The notes below the pieces were generated by a model. It made no database searches and was not told the origin of the DNA. It was given only the letters and a program-made list of their open reading frames with translations. A DNA stretch of 63,559 nucleotides, the filler included, from Asterionella formosa (taxonomy: Eukaryota), in the NCBI GenBank assembly GCA_002256025.1. It is 9 parts of 9 records of this genome, joined end to end, with 100 filler letters (N's around TTAATTAATTAA, not from the genome) between each part and the next. Parts side by side here need not be neighbours in the genome. Positions count along the whole stretch, not along the records: positions 42,460 to 49,434 come from NKIB01012561.1; positions 49,535 to 56,497 come from NKIB01012562.1; positions 56,598 to 63,559 come from NKIB01012563.1; 6 more parts are not named here. One strand, written 5' to 3'. The position numbers and the translations under genes were made by a program. Shown in pieces: positions 49,301 to 60,787 of the stretch (position 1 is the first letter of the stretch; each line of letters opens with the position of its first letter).

Positions 49301-49434
49301 GTTGAGTTATGGTTACTTGTCACCAGATAGTGAATACAAGCAATAGGAGTTGGAAACTCTTTTTGCTCCACAACAACCATAGCTACGGGCTTGAACTTCT
49401 TCTCCAAGTTCTCCCTCTCTTCAATGGTAATGAC
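46319..49434 (-). pseudogene. Long disrupted ORF with a GNAT-like acetyltransferase domain followed by Lys/Ser/Pro-rich repeats; intron at 48745-48826
   Basis: IHYLVTS...YKERGMGQLLIQ...AVEWYKSLGF (GNAT motifs A/B); splicing joins YKQPK|EVMNAK; repeated LKPVPPTKH and SLEFLKSV; frameshift near 48950 and stop at 48191. Confidence 0.55.
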
Positions 49435-49930
49435 NNNNNNNNNNNNNNNNNNNNNNNNNNNNNNNNNNNNNNNNNNNNTTAATTAATTAANNNNNNNNNN
49501 NNNNNNNNNNNNNNNNNNNNNNNNNNNNNNNNNNGTAGTTGAAGAGAGGGAGCATTTCTATATACCGGTATATATCTTATATATAACCGTTATTCTGGCT
49601 GTCATGCTAAAATCTGCCCCTCCAATTTTTAATAACGAAAAATTTGCTTTGCCCCATATTGCCCCTGAAAAGAAATTACTTAAAGCCGAATAATTACTTA
49701 CATTGAAGTGCTAGAGTGGGGAAGACGATAGCTGGAGCGGGAATTGCCTTAAGCAACGACTGTTAGTATGTCTGTGCAAAATTCTGTGCTGTTATACATA
49801 CAGGTAATACTATCGTGGCTATCATGCATTCTGCCTCAAAGCATCCCATCAATGATGGCGAGCCACGAAGACGACTTGAATTGATTCAAATATTGGTACA
49901 TGTAGTATTTTGACATCCACATCAAAAGCA

Positions 49931-51604
49931 ATGAGTGCCATAATTCCTATACCGCCAATCGCCCCGTTACCTTTGCCCTCCGATCGGTACAATCTCTTGA
50001 TTGAATTCGCTGTCAAGCATTTGGATTTTCAAAGGGCTGAACTGGCCTCCGTGTTGGATGTTTACGGAATCATCTTGGGCAGTGTGGATTGTCAAGTTGT
50101 ATCCCTTCCCAACGAAGGCAAGGAAGCTTCTTGTGTGTACAATGGTAAGACGCGCCAATGTACGAGGCCTTTCCTCTTGTTAAGCTTTACAAGACATTTT
50201 CAAGGAACAAGATTTCACCTAGGAGAAGAGAAACTCGATAAAAAGGTTGGAATAGCGAATGTTTTGGCTCGATGCACTCTAGTTCGTAGCGTTGTGGAAC
50301 TGTGGGGCATTGGGGTCTCGATTGAGACGTGCGCCGCCAGCGTCAAAGAATACGTCAAGTCTACCGAAATAGGCAAGGCTAACTGGGAGAAGCAATCTAA
50401 GCCTGATCTGAGTTGGAAGTCCACAATCCACACATTAGGTTCCAAATTTTCAAGGGAGGAGCAAGATGAAATGAGAGCCAAGTTCGCCTTTCTGGCTTTT
50501 AAGGGGAATGTACAGATGATTGAACCTCATAATGAATTCATTTTGATACACGAAGTCGAGATGGATTCCATGGGCAGCCCTTTATTTCCAAAACATCGCA
50601 CTGATACTGACCTGGTAAACCCAGACTGCGGAGTGCGACCGCCACTAGCAGTCTATTACGGACGGATTTTAGGCGATCGGTCCGTCAAGGGACGAGGGGG
50701 AGTGGAACAATATAACTTGAAGAAGCGTGTCTATTTGGGCCCGACTAGTATGGATGCAGAACTATCCTTTGTCATGGCGAATTTGGGGCAAGTTGAAGAA
50801 GGATCGTATGTGATGGATCCATTTGTTGGAACAGGATCGATCCTATTGTCGTGCGCCATAAAAGGAGCGTATTGTATTGGTACAGATATTGATCTGCGAG
50901 TATTAAGGGGCAAGGGTACATGCGAAAATGTGCGAAGTAACTTTGAACAATTTGGGCTACCAAGGCCAGAATTGGTTCGGTCTGACAATTCCATTTACAG
51001 TCGACATTTTCGAACGCACGCCGCCATTTATGATGCGATTGTTTGCGATCCGCCGTATGGCATACGAGCCGGCGCTCGAAAGACCGGTTCTCGTCTCGAG
51101 GATCCACGACCCATTCTAGACGAACACCGGTATGATCACATTGCTCAAACGAAACCATACAATGTATCCGATGTCATGGCAGATCTCCTCGATATGGCAG
51201 CATGTACACTTGTTATGCACGGTCGACTGGTCTACGTGATTCCATCCTTCTGCGACTTCGATAAGGCGACTGACTTACCTCGACATGAGTGCCTTGATTT
51301 CGTTCACTGCTGTTATCAGCCGTTTACAAATGAACTGGGTCGTCGAATGGTAACTATGAAAAAGGTCCGTGATTACGATCCATTGCTCCGAGACGAGTAC
51401 ATGTCAAACGTATGGAAGAATGGTGCTGAAAGCGCCGAAAAGTGCGCGAATATTCGAGAAAAGATAATGGAGGCAGCCCGAAAAAAGCCTGGTTACGAAG
51501 GGAAGGCTGCAATTCGTAAAGAGAAGCGAAAGGTTCATAAGGACGCCAAAAAGAAGGCAAAGTTGAGGCTGAACAGTGAGGAGAATCCAAGCTTTGTAGA
51601 GTAA
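49931..51604 (+). CDS. TRMT11: tRNA (guanine10-N2)-methyltransferase Trm11
   Basis: HLDFQRAEL, YNLKKRVYLGPTSMDAELS..MAN, DPFVGTGS, DAIVCDPPYGIRAG. Confidence 0.95.
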   Translation: MSAIIPIPPIAPLPLPSDRYNLLIEFAVKHLDFQRAELASVLDVYGIILGSVDCQVVSLPNEGKEASCVYNGKTRQCTRPFLLLSFTRHFQGTRFHLGEEKLDKKVGIANVLARCTLVRSVVELWGIGVSIETCAASVKEYVKSTEIGKANWEKQSKPDLSWKSTIHTLGSKFSREEQDEMRAKFAFLAFKGNVQMIEPHNEFILIHEVEMDSMGSPLFPKHRTDTDLVNPDCGVRPPLAVYYGRILGDRSVKGRGGVEQYNLKKRVYLGPTSMDAELSFVMANLGQVEEGSYVMDPFVGTGSILLSCAIKGAYCIGTDIDLRVLRGKGTCENVRSNFEQFGLPRPELVRSDNSIYSRHFRTHAAIYDAIVCDPPYGIRAGARKTGSRLEDPRPILDEHRYDHIAQTKPYNVSDVMADLLDMAACTLVMHGRLVYVIPSFCDFDKATDLPRHECLDFVHCCYQPFTNELGRRMVTMKKVRDYDPLLRDEYMSNVWKNGAESAEKCANIREKIMEAARKKPGYEGKAAIRKEKRKVHKDAKKKAKLRLNSEENPSFVE

Positions 51605-51607
51605 CAG

Positions 51608-52981
51608 TTAACTAAAGTGCCATAGATTCTCGCCTTCGTGTCGTCCGATGCTTGCCACATTCGCCTCCAAGGCTCCATTCGTCCTATACATGGCAACACA
51701 AACTACTACGGGAAGATCAGGAAGAATCGTCGTATCGAAGTTGGCAGACTCTCTCAGTTTTCGACGTTTCGTTGGCGGAGCTTTGCTGTGGTCATCATTC
51801 GTGCCAGTTTTACCCTTTTGAATTCTCCCGAAATTTGGTTCCTGGTCCATTTCTTGGATCCTCCTCCTTGTGTCTTGGTCCTTGATGAGATTCGAGAAAT
51901 GCACAATTGGAATTTTGACCCCAATCTCCTTGTTGACATATGCCCCCGCCTCCAGTTTGTTGTCGTCAACATCAACAAAGCAGTAAATGTTGTCACGCAT
52001 ATCTGGGCGTAATGCCTTGACGAAATCCTTGCCATCCCGACCGGCACCCCAGACGACGAACTTTGTTTTCCACTTTGAAAGTACAGATATCTCCATGGCC
52101 AAAACTCGCAAGTACAATATCAGTTTTCTCGGTGTCTGTGATGACTGTGACATACCAGGGATATGTCGATAGGTGAGCAATCTGTGACTTGTGCGGTGGA
52201 GTGCAAGTTTCCCATTTGCGTACAAGTGCGCATACATGAATCTCAAATCTTCGGCCAGTCTCATGGTGTGAGGTGTTTCAAAAGTTGTATGGACGAGCCG
52301 AAGTTGATTGTGAACAAACAGTTTGTGCGAGGACAAATCGAGTCCATTCGAGTCTATCGGCGCCTCGACATACCCGCCCAACTGCTGGAATCTATACTTC
52401 GTCATGACCCATGTCGGCTGTATAATCGTTAGTTCCCTGTATCTTTCAAGCATAATTCGTTCGTCCGACAAACCGTTGGCCCATTCAGCATAATGCCATG
52501 TGGAATCAGGTGGATCTCTGTCGAATTGACAGCCCAGAATTGTTTGATGTCGTTGTTTGGGCGAGAGTCCCATCATATGCTTCGCTACTTGTTCCATGAT
52601 TCGCTGTGGGTGCATAATGTCATCACTGTCGAGGAGACATAAAAAGTGCCGATCCTGGTGCTGCAACTCTCTCATGGTCGCGGCTCGATTCCGTGCGAAC
52701 CCCGCACCACGCGACACTTTCCCCCTGTCCGTCAGGAGACGCCACTGCGGATGCGATTCCTGGAGGCGGGTCAGCTTTTCGTGAGTGTCATCGGTCGATC
52801 CGTCATTGTAGCAGCAAATGGCAACATCAAAGTGCGGAGGGAGGATTGCCTGAGCCTGCATGGCGGACTCAATGGTGGCTTCGATGGTAGACGACGCATT
52901 GTGTGCCGGGACAATAATGTCGACGTAAATCATGTCGGGATGCGAATCGTCGTCACCTCGTGATCCATTGAGGGTGCTCAT
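51608..52981 (-). CDS. B3GNTL1: GT2 glycosyltransferase, QTGAL/B3GNTL1 (queuosine-tRNA galactosyltransferase)-like
   Basis: IIVPAHNA, YNDGSTD, GAGFARNRA, LCLLDSDD.M.P.RI..Q, F.R.P..ST.HY..W.N, TIIQPTW, AEDLRF.Y.HL, VWGAGRDGK, FVDVD..K, VVCV...TNG.LE.N. Confidence 0.85.
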   Translation of the reverse strand: MSTLNGSRGDDDSHPDMIYVDIIVPAHNASSTIEATIESAMQAQAILPPHFDVAICCYNDGSTDDTHEKLTRLQESHPQWRLLTDRGKVSRGAGFARNRAATMRELQHQDRHFLCLLDSDDIMHPQRIMEQVAKHMMGLSPKQRHQTILGCQFDRDPPDSTWHYAEWANGLSDERIMLERYRELTIIQPTWVMTKYRFQQLGGYVEAPIDSNGLDLSSHKLFVHNQLRLVHTTFETPHTMRLAEDLRFMYAHLYANGKLALHRTSHRLLTYRHIPGMSQSSQTPRKLILYLRVLAMEISVLSKWKTKFVVWGAGRDGKDFVKALRPDMRDNIYCFVDVDDNKLEAGAYVNKEIGVKIPIVHFSNLIKDQDTRRRIQEMDQEPNFGRIQKGKTGTNDDHSKAPPTKRRKLRESANFDTTILPDLPVVVCVAMYRTNGALEANVASIGRHEGENLWHFS

Positions 52982-53507
52982 TGCTCTGCTACCGGTAGCT
53001 GTGACCGAATGGGATAAGTTGTATACCGGAATATGATCCCGTGACACATCCCTTGCCCGTTATAATAATAAACCATGGTCATGATCACTTGATACTCCGG
53101 AATGAATATTTATTGTTATCTACAGCTACATACTGCTGTGGTACAGAAAGGAGGAAAACCTGTGCGTGTGTTTTAATATACCGGTAGCTACATACCGGCA
53201 TTATAGTTATGTATGTACCGGTAGTAGGTACCAGTACCCTACCGCTACGCAAAAAACTATACACCGGTATCCCAATTATTACGGTCGACCTACAGGCAGC
53301 ATTCCTGCATACCGGTACTGGTATTCTGATACAGTACCGTACTGAATTTGCTAGAGGGTTCACACAGCGTCATGAATTAATACCCATCATCCTAGCCTCT
53401 TCAAAATAGAAATATTTCATTCATCTAATCTATAATCTTATTGAATGAAGGGGAGTAATAAAAGAAAAACAGCTACCCAAGAATTTCTAGATCCATTATT
53501 TTGGGCA

Positions 53508-54144
53508 NNNNNNNNNNNNNNNNNNNNNNNNNNNNNNNNNNNNNNNNNNNNNNNNNNNNNNNNNNNNNNNNNNNNNNNNNNNNNNNNNNNNNNNNNNNNN
53601 NNNNNNNNNNNNNNNNNNNNNNNNNNNNNNNNNNNNNNNNNNNNNNNNNNNNNNNNNNNNNNNNNNNNNNNNNNNNNNNNNNNNNNNNNNNNNNNNNNNN
53701 NNNNNNNNNNNNNNNNNNNNNNNNNNNNNNNNNNNNNNNNNNNNNNNNNNNNNNNNNNNNNNNNNNNNNNNNNNNNNNNNNNNNNNNNNNNNNNNNNNNN
53801 NNNNNNNNNNNNNNNNNNNNNNNNNNNNNNNNNNNNNNNNNNNNNNNNNNNNNNNNNNNNNNNNNNNNNNNNNNNNNNNNNNNNNNNNNNNNNNNNNNNN
53901 NNNNNNNNNNNNNNNNNNNNNNNNNNNNNNNNNNNNNNNNNNNNNNNNNNNNNNNNNNNNNNNNNNNNNNNNNNNNNNNNNNNNNNNNNNNNNNNNNNNN
54001 NNNNNNNNNNNNNNNNNNNNNNNNNNNNNNNNNNNNNNNNNNNNNNNNNNNNNNNNNNNNNNNNNNNNNNNNNNNNNNNNNNNNNNNNNNNNNNNNNNNN
54101 NNNNNNNNNNNNNNNNNNNNNNNNNNNNNNNNNNNNNNNNNNNN
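53508..54144. other. Scaffold gap (637 N)
   Basis: N run without the TTAATTAATTAA linker. Confidence 0.95.
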
Positions 54145-54447
54145 GGTAGGCATGGGACGAGTCATTGGGAATGAGTCGAAACTGCATACCGGTAAGTGCG
54201 CAATCGGGCCTTCCTGGATCTTCATTCCATCATCACCACATTTTGGAAGATACTGTTGTGCCGGTAGACTTCCCGGTACCAGTACCAGGTACCAGGGTGG
54301 AGTATGTTACCAACAGTCAGTACCTGGTGCGTATCAGTCAGTACCGCTCTGGTACAAGTGTACCAGGTCACCCAATTCATTCAGCTTATCACTCAGCCAA
54401 CCATCACCGCTACTCCACAGTACTGGCAGACTTACCATTCATTCACC

Positions 54448-56497
54448 ATGCTGCTTCGATATGGTATTTCATCCCTTCGAAAGGTGACCACTGCAGTGGA
54501 ACGGACAAGCACGAATATCCGCTCGCTAGCATCAGCTCCAGACGCTGATTTTTTTCACTTGTATGATTCGCAACAACAACCAGCACGAGCAAATCATGAC
54601 CGTACGCTCCCTCTTCGCACTGCCGAAATGATCTTGCTTCGTCCGCTAGGCACCATGGAATCAGGAGATTGGCAGGCCGCTAGAGATTGCCTGTTTCAAT
54701 TGACCAAGAAAGCTTCCGATCCCATCACTGCAATGAAACTGCTGGATCGCCTCTACGACGAGCAGTGCATTGCCCCAGTGTCCGAGCCTTACTTCGCATC
54801 GCACTACGCCATGATTTTGGACGCCCTGGCCAGATCTCCTCTCAAAGACAAAGGGGAATTGGCGGACCAGTTATTCGACAAGGCACATGCGAGGTACGAA
54901 CTAAACCCGAACCACCAACCTCAACCAGACACCGGTGTCTACAACACACTAATTTATTGCCACGCTAGCTCTGACGACGCCAACGCCACGAAACGAGTCG
55001 AGGCCTTGGTGGAAAAGATGCAACACCTGGCCAAAAACAATCACCCGACTGTTTGCCCACAGTTGTGGACCTACAATGCTGTTTGTTTGGCATACGCCAA
55101 CCGCAAGGGAGAATACGGCTCTGCCAAATCGGCAGAAGACTGGCTCCTAAAAATGGCTGACATGTCAGTCTCGAACGGGCAAGCTATTCAACCTGACAGC
55201 GTCACATTTAACTTGATTTTAAAGGCATGGAAAAACAGTGGGGAGCAGAGGGGACCAGATCGGGCCATGGAAATCCTTAGATTAATGGTCAAGCTCTACG
55301 CGGATGGATCCACGGCACAACCCGATGAAGTGAGCTTCAATACTGTCATGCATGCCTATACAGAACAAGGACGAGGGAAAGATGCAACGGAGGCATTAGA
55401 ATACATTAAAAGCGTGGTTAAGGAACACCAAATGTGGGTTGACTTAACCACCGCTTACAATGCTGCGATTCATGCCTGGGACAGGTCCCTAGCAAAGGAT
55501 GCGGGGGATCAAGCGAAGAAGCTGTTGGAAAATATGTTTGAAGATTCGAGAGATATGGAATTGATTGTTAAACCAAATGAGCTGGCCATGTTTAATGTTT
55601 TGTCGGCTTATGGTAAGGCACGGAACCCACAAGCAGCGGAAGACCTTTTGCATCGCATTATTGAAACCTATCAAAATAGAGAGCATACTGTCGTTCCTAC
55701 CACCAATATTTGCAATGCTGTTGTGAGAGCATGGATCAAATTAGACCACTTTGGTAGTGGCGCGGACCGTGCCAAACAGCTATTAATGTACATGATGGAG
55801 TTGGCTGGTGATCCAGCCTACAAAACATGGCCCAATAGGGCTACCTTCAACCTGGTGATTGATGGGTATCGATCCCAGCCGGGAAGTTTAGAATCGTCTT
55901 ATAGCATTATCGACTTGATTGACAAGATGACGAAATGTTTCGATGCCGGTTATTCGGATTGCCAGCCTTCGAGCTTTACATACTCCTGCCTTTTCGACAA
56001 TATATTAAGATCACCTCCTCATCTAGGGCTCGCCAAAGTGGCAGTAGAAACCCTGCATAAACTTGAACAAGAATACTTTCAAAATGTCAATAACCCAAAA
56101 AAGGGGGCAGTAGTCAAACCGGACGTGGTAATGTACAACACAGTACTTCAGACATTGTCACGATTGGGTGATGACTATTGCAAGCAGACTGCCATGAGTA
56201 TCTGTCGTTCCATGGAGAGCAAATATCATGATGGACATAAGGACCTTGAACCGGGAAACATTACGTACACCATGGTCCTGAAGACGTTTATGGCCAACCC
56301 GAGCAAAGCCGACTTTGTGAAAATGTCAAATTTCTATGCAAGCGTGGAGCGTTTGTCTGCGATGGAGAACCGAAGTTTTAAGCTGGATAGCATAACGACC
56401 CAAACCATGCTCGTGATACTCAAAAACGCCCGATCTGCCCGGGCGGCATACGAAGCCGAGGCGATTCTTGCAAAGCTCAACCTGAATCATGTCTCTC
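54448..56497 (+). CDS. Pentatricopeptide-repeat protein, probably mitochondrial, 3'-truncated
   Basis: Repeated PD...YN.LI...A / PDSVTFNLILKAW / PDEVSFNTVMHAY motifs; Arg/Ser-rich presequence. Confidence 0.92.
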
Positions 56498-56995
56498 NNN
56501 NNNNNNNNNNNNNNNNNNNNNNNNNNNNNNNNNNNNNNNNNTTAATTAATTAANNNNNNNNNNNNNNNNNNNNNNNNNNNNNNNNNNNNNNNNNNNNTTC
56601 TATTCTTTATTGCTTTTTGTGAATCCAACAAACAAACGAACAATGTGCGAGCGAGCAATGCCGGTTGATTCCCAGATTCGGTCCATTCGTTCCCATAGAC
56701 TGCTTGGATCGAGTCGTGTTCAACTGACATCTGAACAATCATTTCCTTCTATTCATGAATGGTTGTATGTGCATGCTTCGTTTCCTTATCGGTACTCGTC
56801 ATCCTTCACAGAAATGTTCTAAACTTCGTCCCTGATGTTGTTAAAAAATTCTTGGCTTCGCTTCGCTTCATTTCAGAATCAGAATCAGAATTAGCATCAC
56901 CGTCACTGAGATCCTTTTGTCAGTCAATTGATCCTAATATAAAATATAGAAGTTGAAGGATAGTAAGGTTTAGTCGAGTTTTGCACAGTATTATC

Positions 56996-59005
56996 ATGAC
57001 GACAACAGAAACAGAAAGAAATGGAATTTCCTTTTCTCACGTTCATTTGTACGTTGATCGCGTAGACGACGTTCTCTACTACAAGCATCTAGAAGAGCAC
57101 TTGAATCAATTGGCAGCACTGAAACAGCAAACGACAATGAAGGAACTAATGAAAAGCAAACGTCACCGCATGACCACACACTTTTGTTCTCAACACAGAG
57201 ACATTGTCAAGCAGCTCCTGGTGGCATTTGGGTTTCGCGTGACTGCTGTCAGATTCCCCAATCACAATGTCCTGTGCAATACTAGAACAGTCGTGATATC
57301 CTCCAGAAAGATGCAACAAGGAGTGCAGTTTGTCATTACGAGTAGAACAAACCCAAAGTACCACACTGCTGTGGAGGACCACTATCCCTTTTTCGATGAA
57401 ACGAACTTGCAGAGATTTTATAACCAGCATGCACAACGACAAGGAGTGGCGGTCTTGGCATTTAATGTGGATAATATAAAAGAAATTGAAGACAAGTACA
57501 TACGACTTCATCCCAAGTTACTGTTCCGAAGATTTTCGAGAACGGAGGAAATCCTAGAGGTATTCGCCTACTACAAGGCCGATGGTGTCACCGCTGACAC
57601 TGGAACCGTCCTTCGATTTATCCAAGCAACTCATGAGCCATTGCCTGCTGTCTTGCCGGGATTGACTCCGGTGGAAGCGTATTTTCCAGTGGATTCTCAG
57701 CCAGCATTTTGTGATCATTGGGTGTCCAACGTGGTTTCGAGACAAAGTGTCCTTCAAATACTTCAGGATACGCTTGGATTTTTACCAAAAGTGGATTTTA
57801 ATGCAGGTGTTGTTGCCGCGGGAGAAGCACAAATTGAATCCACAGTTACTGGGAACGTGTCAGGTTTGAAAACCAACGACAAGATCATGGCACTTCAAGA
57901 TCAATCGCAAGTGTACTTACCCATCAACAATGCTCTCTCAGAGGTGGGGCATGTGCATGGATTTTTAAAGGAACTTGGTCAAGGGATTCAACATGTCGCA
58001 TCGAGAGTTGAAGATCTGGTGGCCTTCTGTCAGAGAGCCAATGACTACCGGAACATTACAGGAGAAGGGGTATCATTTTTACAAATACCACGATCGTATT
58101 ATGGCGTTTTGACCATGCATCAGCTGGAAACTGGGGCGGGAGTCACAAAGGCAACAGCAGAAGCCATACTAGAAGCTTGTCACGAGCAAGGAATCATCAC
58201 AAGTGATGGAGCAGTGAATTTAGACTTGACACGGGATGAGATGGACCAACGATTATTCAAGCATTTGAAGGGATGTGCACTTGAGGAATACCATCAAAGG
58301 GCGGAGTATGTCCTTGTAACAATTCTCAAATCACGGTACATTAATTTGCACAATTTGCTCAAGCATCATGTTTCTGAAAAGACCTACCTTGGTATTGTAC
58401 GAAACGAAATTCTTGTTGATGTGCAAGGCGACGACCTGTTGTATCAAATATTTACTTGCAACATTCTTCAACGCCATGTTGTGGAGGAAGCCCCGTTTTT
58501 AGAATTTATTCAACGAGTGTGTTCACAATGCAAAGATAAGGATGGATGCCCAGCCAAGATCAAACCAGGTTGTGGAGGTTTTGGTATTCGAAATTTTTTA
58601 ACTTTGTTTCTTTCTATTGAAGTCAGCAAGGCGATGATGGAGGTTTCGCACGCCAAGGCTAAAGGTGATTTTGTCGCTCAATCCTTTGCTCAGCAACGAG
58701 TAGATTGCTTTACCGCCCAGCTCAACGAATCCAACCCAATTTTGACTGATATCTCAAGAGCAATGACAAAAGAAGGGAATGCAACAGAGATGATGCAAGA
58801 AGCATTGGCCGTTGGTGACGCCATCGAGGCACACCACTGGCAATCGGCAATGGAAAAGGCTAGGGTTGAAAAAATCATGGGCAATGATCGATTGATGGAA
58901 TGCAGTTCCAAATACATGAACGCTATGAAGACTATTCGTGAGCTTCATCAGGAAAGGTGCTCCGAGTCTCTATCCGTTGATAGTATTAGCAATGAAAGGA
59001 CATGA
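56996..59005 (+). CDS. HPD: 4-hydroxyphenylpyruvate dioxygenase (long form)
   Basis: FSHVHLYV, DHWVSNV, GIQHVA, ILVD, LYQIFT, FLEFIQR...GCGGFG..NF..LF.SIE; His-His-Glu triad present. Confidence 0.88.
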   Translation: MTTTETERNGISFSHVHLYVDRVDDVLYYKHLEEHLNQLAALKQQTTMKELMKSKRHRMTTHFCSQHRDIVKQLLVAFGFRVTAVRFPNHNVLCNTRTVVISSRKMQQGVQFVITSRTNPKYHTAVEDHYPFFDETNLQRFYNQHAQRQGVAVLAFNVDNIKEIEDKYIRLHPKLLFRRFSRTEEILEVFAYYKADGVTADTGTVLRFIQATHEPLPAVLPGLTPVEAYFPVDSQPAFCDHWVSNVVSRQSVLQILQDTLGFLPKVDFNAGVVAAGEAQIESTVTGNVSGLKTNDKIMALQDQSQVYLPINNALSEVGHVHGFLKELGQGIQHVASRVEDLVAFCQRANDYRNITGEGVSFLQIPRSYYGVLTMHQLETGAGVTKATAEAILEACHEQGIITSDGAVNLDLTRDEMDQRLFKHLKGCALEEYHQRAEYVLVTILKSRYINLHNLLKHHVSEKTYLGIVRNEILVDVQGDDLLYQIFTCNILQRHVVEEAPFLEFIQRVCSQCKDKDGCPAKIKPGCGGFGIRNFLTLFLSIEVSKAMMEVSHAKAKGDFVAQSFAQQRVDCFTAQLNESNPILTDISRAMTKEGNATEMMQEALAVGDAIEAHHWQSAMEKARVEKIMGNDRLMECSSKYMNAMKTIRELHQERCSESLSVDSISNERT

Positions 59006-59509
59006 AACTCTGGAAGATTCCGATCCCTTCAACACTGCTTCGCGTCACGTGTGCTGTAACGCAAATCTGAAGTCTCAAGTGATTCTGAGTGAATGGAAGG
59101 TACAAAAGGAAACTAGTACTATTGGTATCAGCCATATTGGTGTATGTTCTGTCGAACATTATAGGTCCCCTTCAATCGTCTGCCTTGTTTTGAAGTTATT
59201 GTTCATCTGTTATATTATTATGATGATAAAATCTGAAGCTTCTTTTAGTGTGAAACCAACATCAAAACGATTTACCAAGTAACAATCCATTTTGTTATGA
59301 GAATAGAGAATACATCCTAATAAAAAGGATAACATGTATAAATCTAAAATATTGTTGTTGCTAAATCTGACATAGCTTTGTATAAAAAGGTGGAGCATCC
59401 TAGTATGTGTCGGATGCAAGAAGGTCTCTTGGGGGGGGGGGAGAGAGAGAGAGAGGCCATCAAGTATTCCTATATCCAAATGTTTTACAGCGTTTTTAGC
59501 ACGTGTTGA

Positions 59510-60496
59510 CTAATTCTCATCATGATTTTCACCCAACATGGTCATCATACGAAGCAAGAATGGCGGCATTGTCCCAGTTGTTTTCATGAGTACAATAAGG
59601 ATGGAGCCAACAACAGCTCCAGGTGCCAGGATAAGCAAAGTCAAGAATCCACTCATAGACTTGACTATACCATTTTTATGATTCGATGGTACATATACTT
59701 GGAACAAGAACCAGTTTTGTAATTTGGATACAACTCTAACCTTGAGTCGAAAGGACAATGTAGACAAAAATACCAAATTGCACAAGGCAATATTCCGTAC
59801 CCACGTGGATATATGTTGGACTGGATGGTTCTGCAGGAATAGTTGATACTCTGGATCCAATCCCAATTCTTTGGCTCCCTCTCTCAACAGTTTCATATAT
59901 CGTTTGGATGGGCATGGATCATGAGATAAGCGTACATGATCTCGTGCACGTAGGGCAATGGCTGGGACTGGTCGTTGACCATGTCGCCACCAATAGTTTC
60001 GGTAGGGAAATGCCATGACGACAATTTCTTCATACGACGGATTGTTGCTGGTACTGTTGACAACACCAACCCCTTCACTTTGCATTAGACGGTTATAATT
60101 TTGTGCAGATAACTTGACCAATGCGCCATGACATTCATTCTGATGATACTTTGCCAATGCCTTGCAATTGCTATCGGAGGGTTCCAAGGATCCCATCCCA
60201 GGTTCCAAAGGAGGGAAGCCTTTGAGGTTGAATGCCAATCTATAGTTGGGAACTACCGCAGCCTCCATTGTTTGGATATGGATGGGCGCCCCGTCGAGGG
60301 CACGGCCTTGTAGTTTCTGTCTTGACATGTTGCTGCCAAGTCCAAAGTAGTAAATGTCCTTGTTTTTGTCAAGCGCCTCTTGAACGAGAGCAGGTCGCAT
60401 CGGCTTTTGCAACTCATCTCGGGCCACAGCCACTGAGGAGGAACAACAGCAACATGCAACGGATACCAGAAATAGGAAACAACAGGAACGAATCAT
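59510..60496 (-). CDS. Gamma-glutamylcyclotransferase-like (GliK-like) protein with signal peptide and C-terminal TM segments
   Basis: YYFGLGSNM, YRLAFN, CHGALVKL, SEG, PSKRYM.LL.EGA.E.GL. Confidence 0.75.
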   Translation of the reverse strand: MIRSCCFLFLVSVACCCCSSSVAVARDELQKPMRPALVQEALDKNKDIYYFGLGSNMSRQKLQGRALDGAPIHIQTMEAAVVPNYRLAFNLKGFPPLEPGMGSLEPSDSNCKALAKYHQNECHGALVKLSAQNYNRLMQSEGVGVVNSTSNNPSYEEIVVMAFPYRNYWWRHGQRPVPAIALRARDHVRLSHDPCPSKRYMKLLREGAKELGLDPEYQLFLQNHPVQHISTWVRNIALCNLVFLSTLSFRLKVRVVSKLQNWFLFQVYVPSNHKNGIVKSMSGFLTLLILAPGAVVGSILIVLMKTTGTMPPFLLRMMTMLGENHDEN

Positions 60497-60787
60497 TCTC
60501 TATTCATGTGTTTGATTTGGACTCTTGAAATTGAAAAATGAATTAGCATCTGATCATCACGAGCGATATGTTGTATACTCCAGTTACCAGTTGGTATGGA
60601 CCATAGACGGCGAAACAAAACAATACATAATAATCATAACAAAGAGCAAAAATATAAAAATATAAAAAATGATGCATAGTTATATATATTTATTCCACAA
60701 AATATGTACCACGTGCGTCAAGAACGTAGGTGACTGACTCAATTGGCTTACAACAGTGAGCCGAATCGTTCTATGCCAACCTGTCGA

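Noticed and set aside
42460..49434. Contig 7 (6975 bp) breaks the descending size order by about 10 bp
   Set aside because: Too small to relate to the 1.5-kb insert; probably post-sorting polishing or trimming.
53438..54487. Long ORFs across the N gap, and the many short antisense ORFs within real genes
   Set aside because: Artefacts of N runs or shadow frames without recognisable motifs.
6987..56597. Regularly spaced TTAATTAATTAA motifs every ~7 kb
   Set aside because: Artificial six-frame-stop linkers flanked by 44 N on each side; not biology.
33726..59005. TAT plus HPPD as a tyrosine-catabolism cluster
   Set aside because: They lie on different contigs concatenated roughly by size, so there is no linkage evidence.
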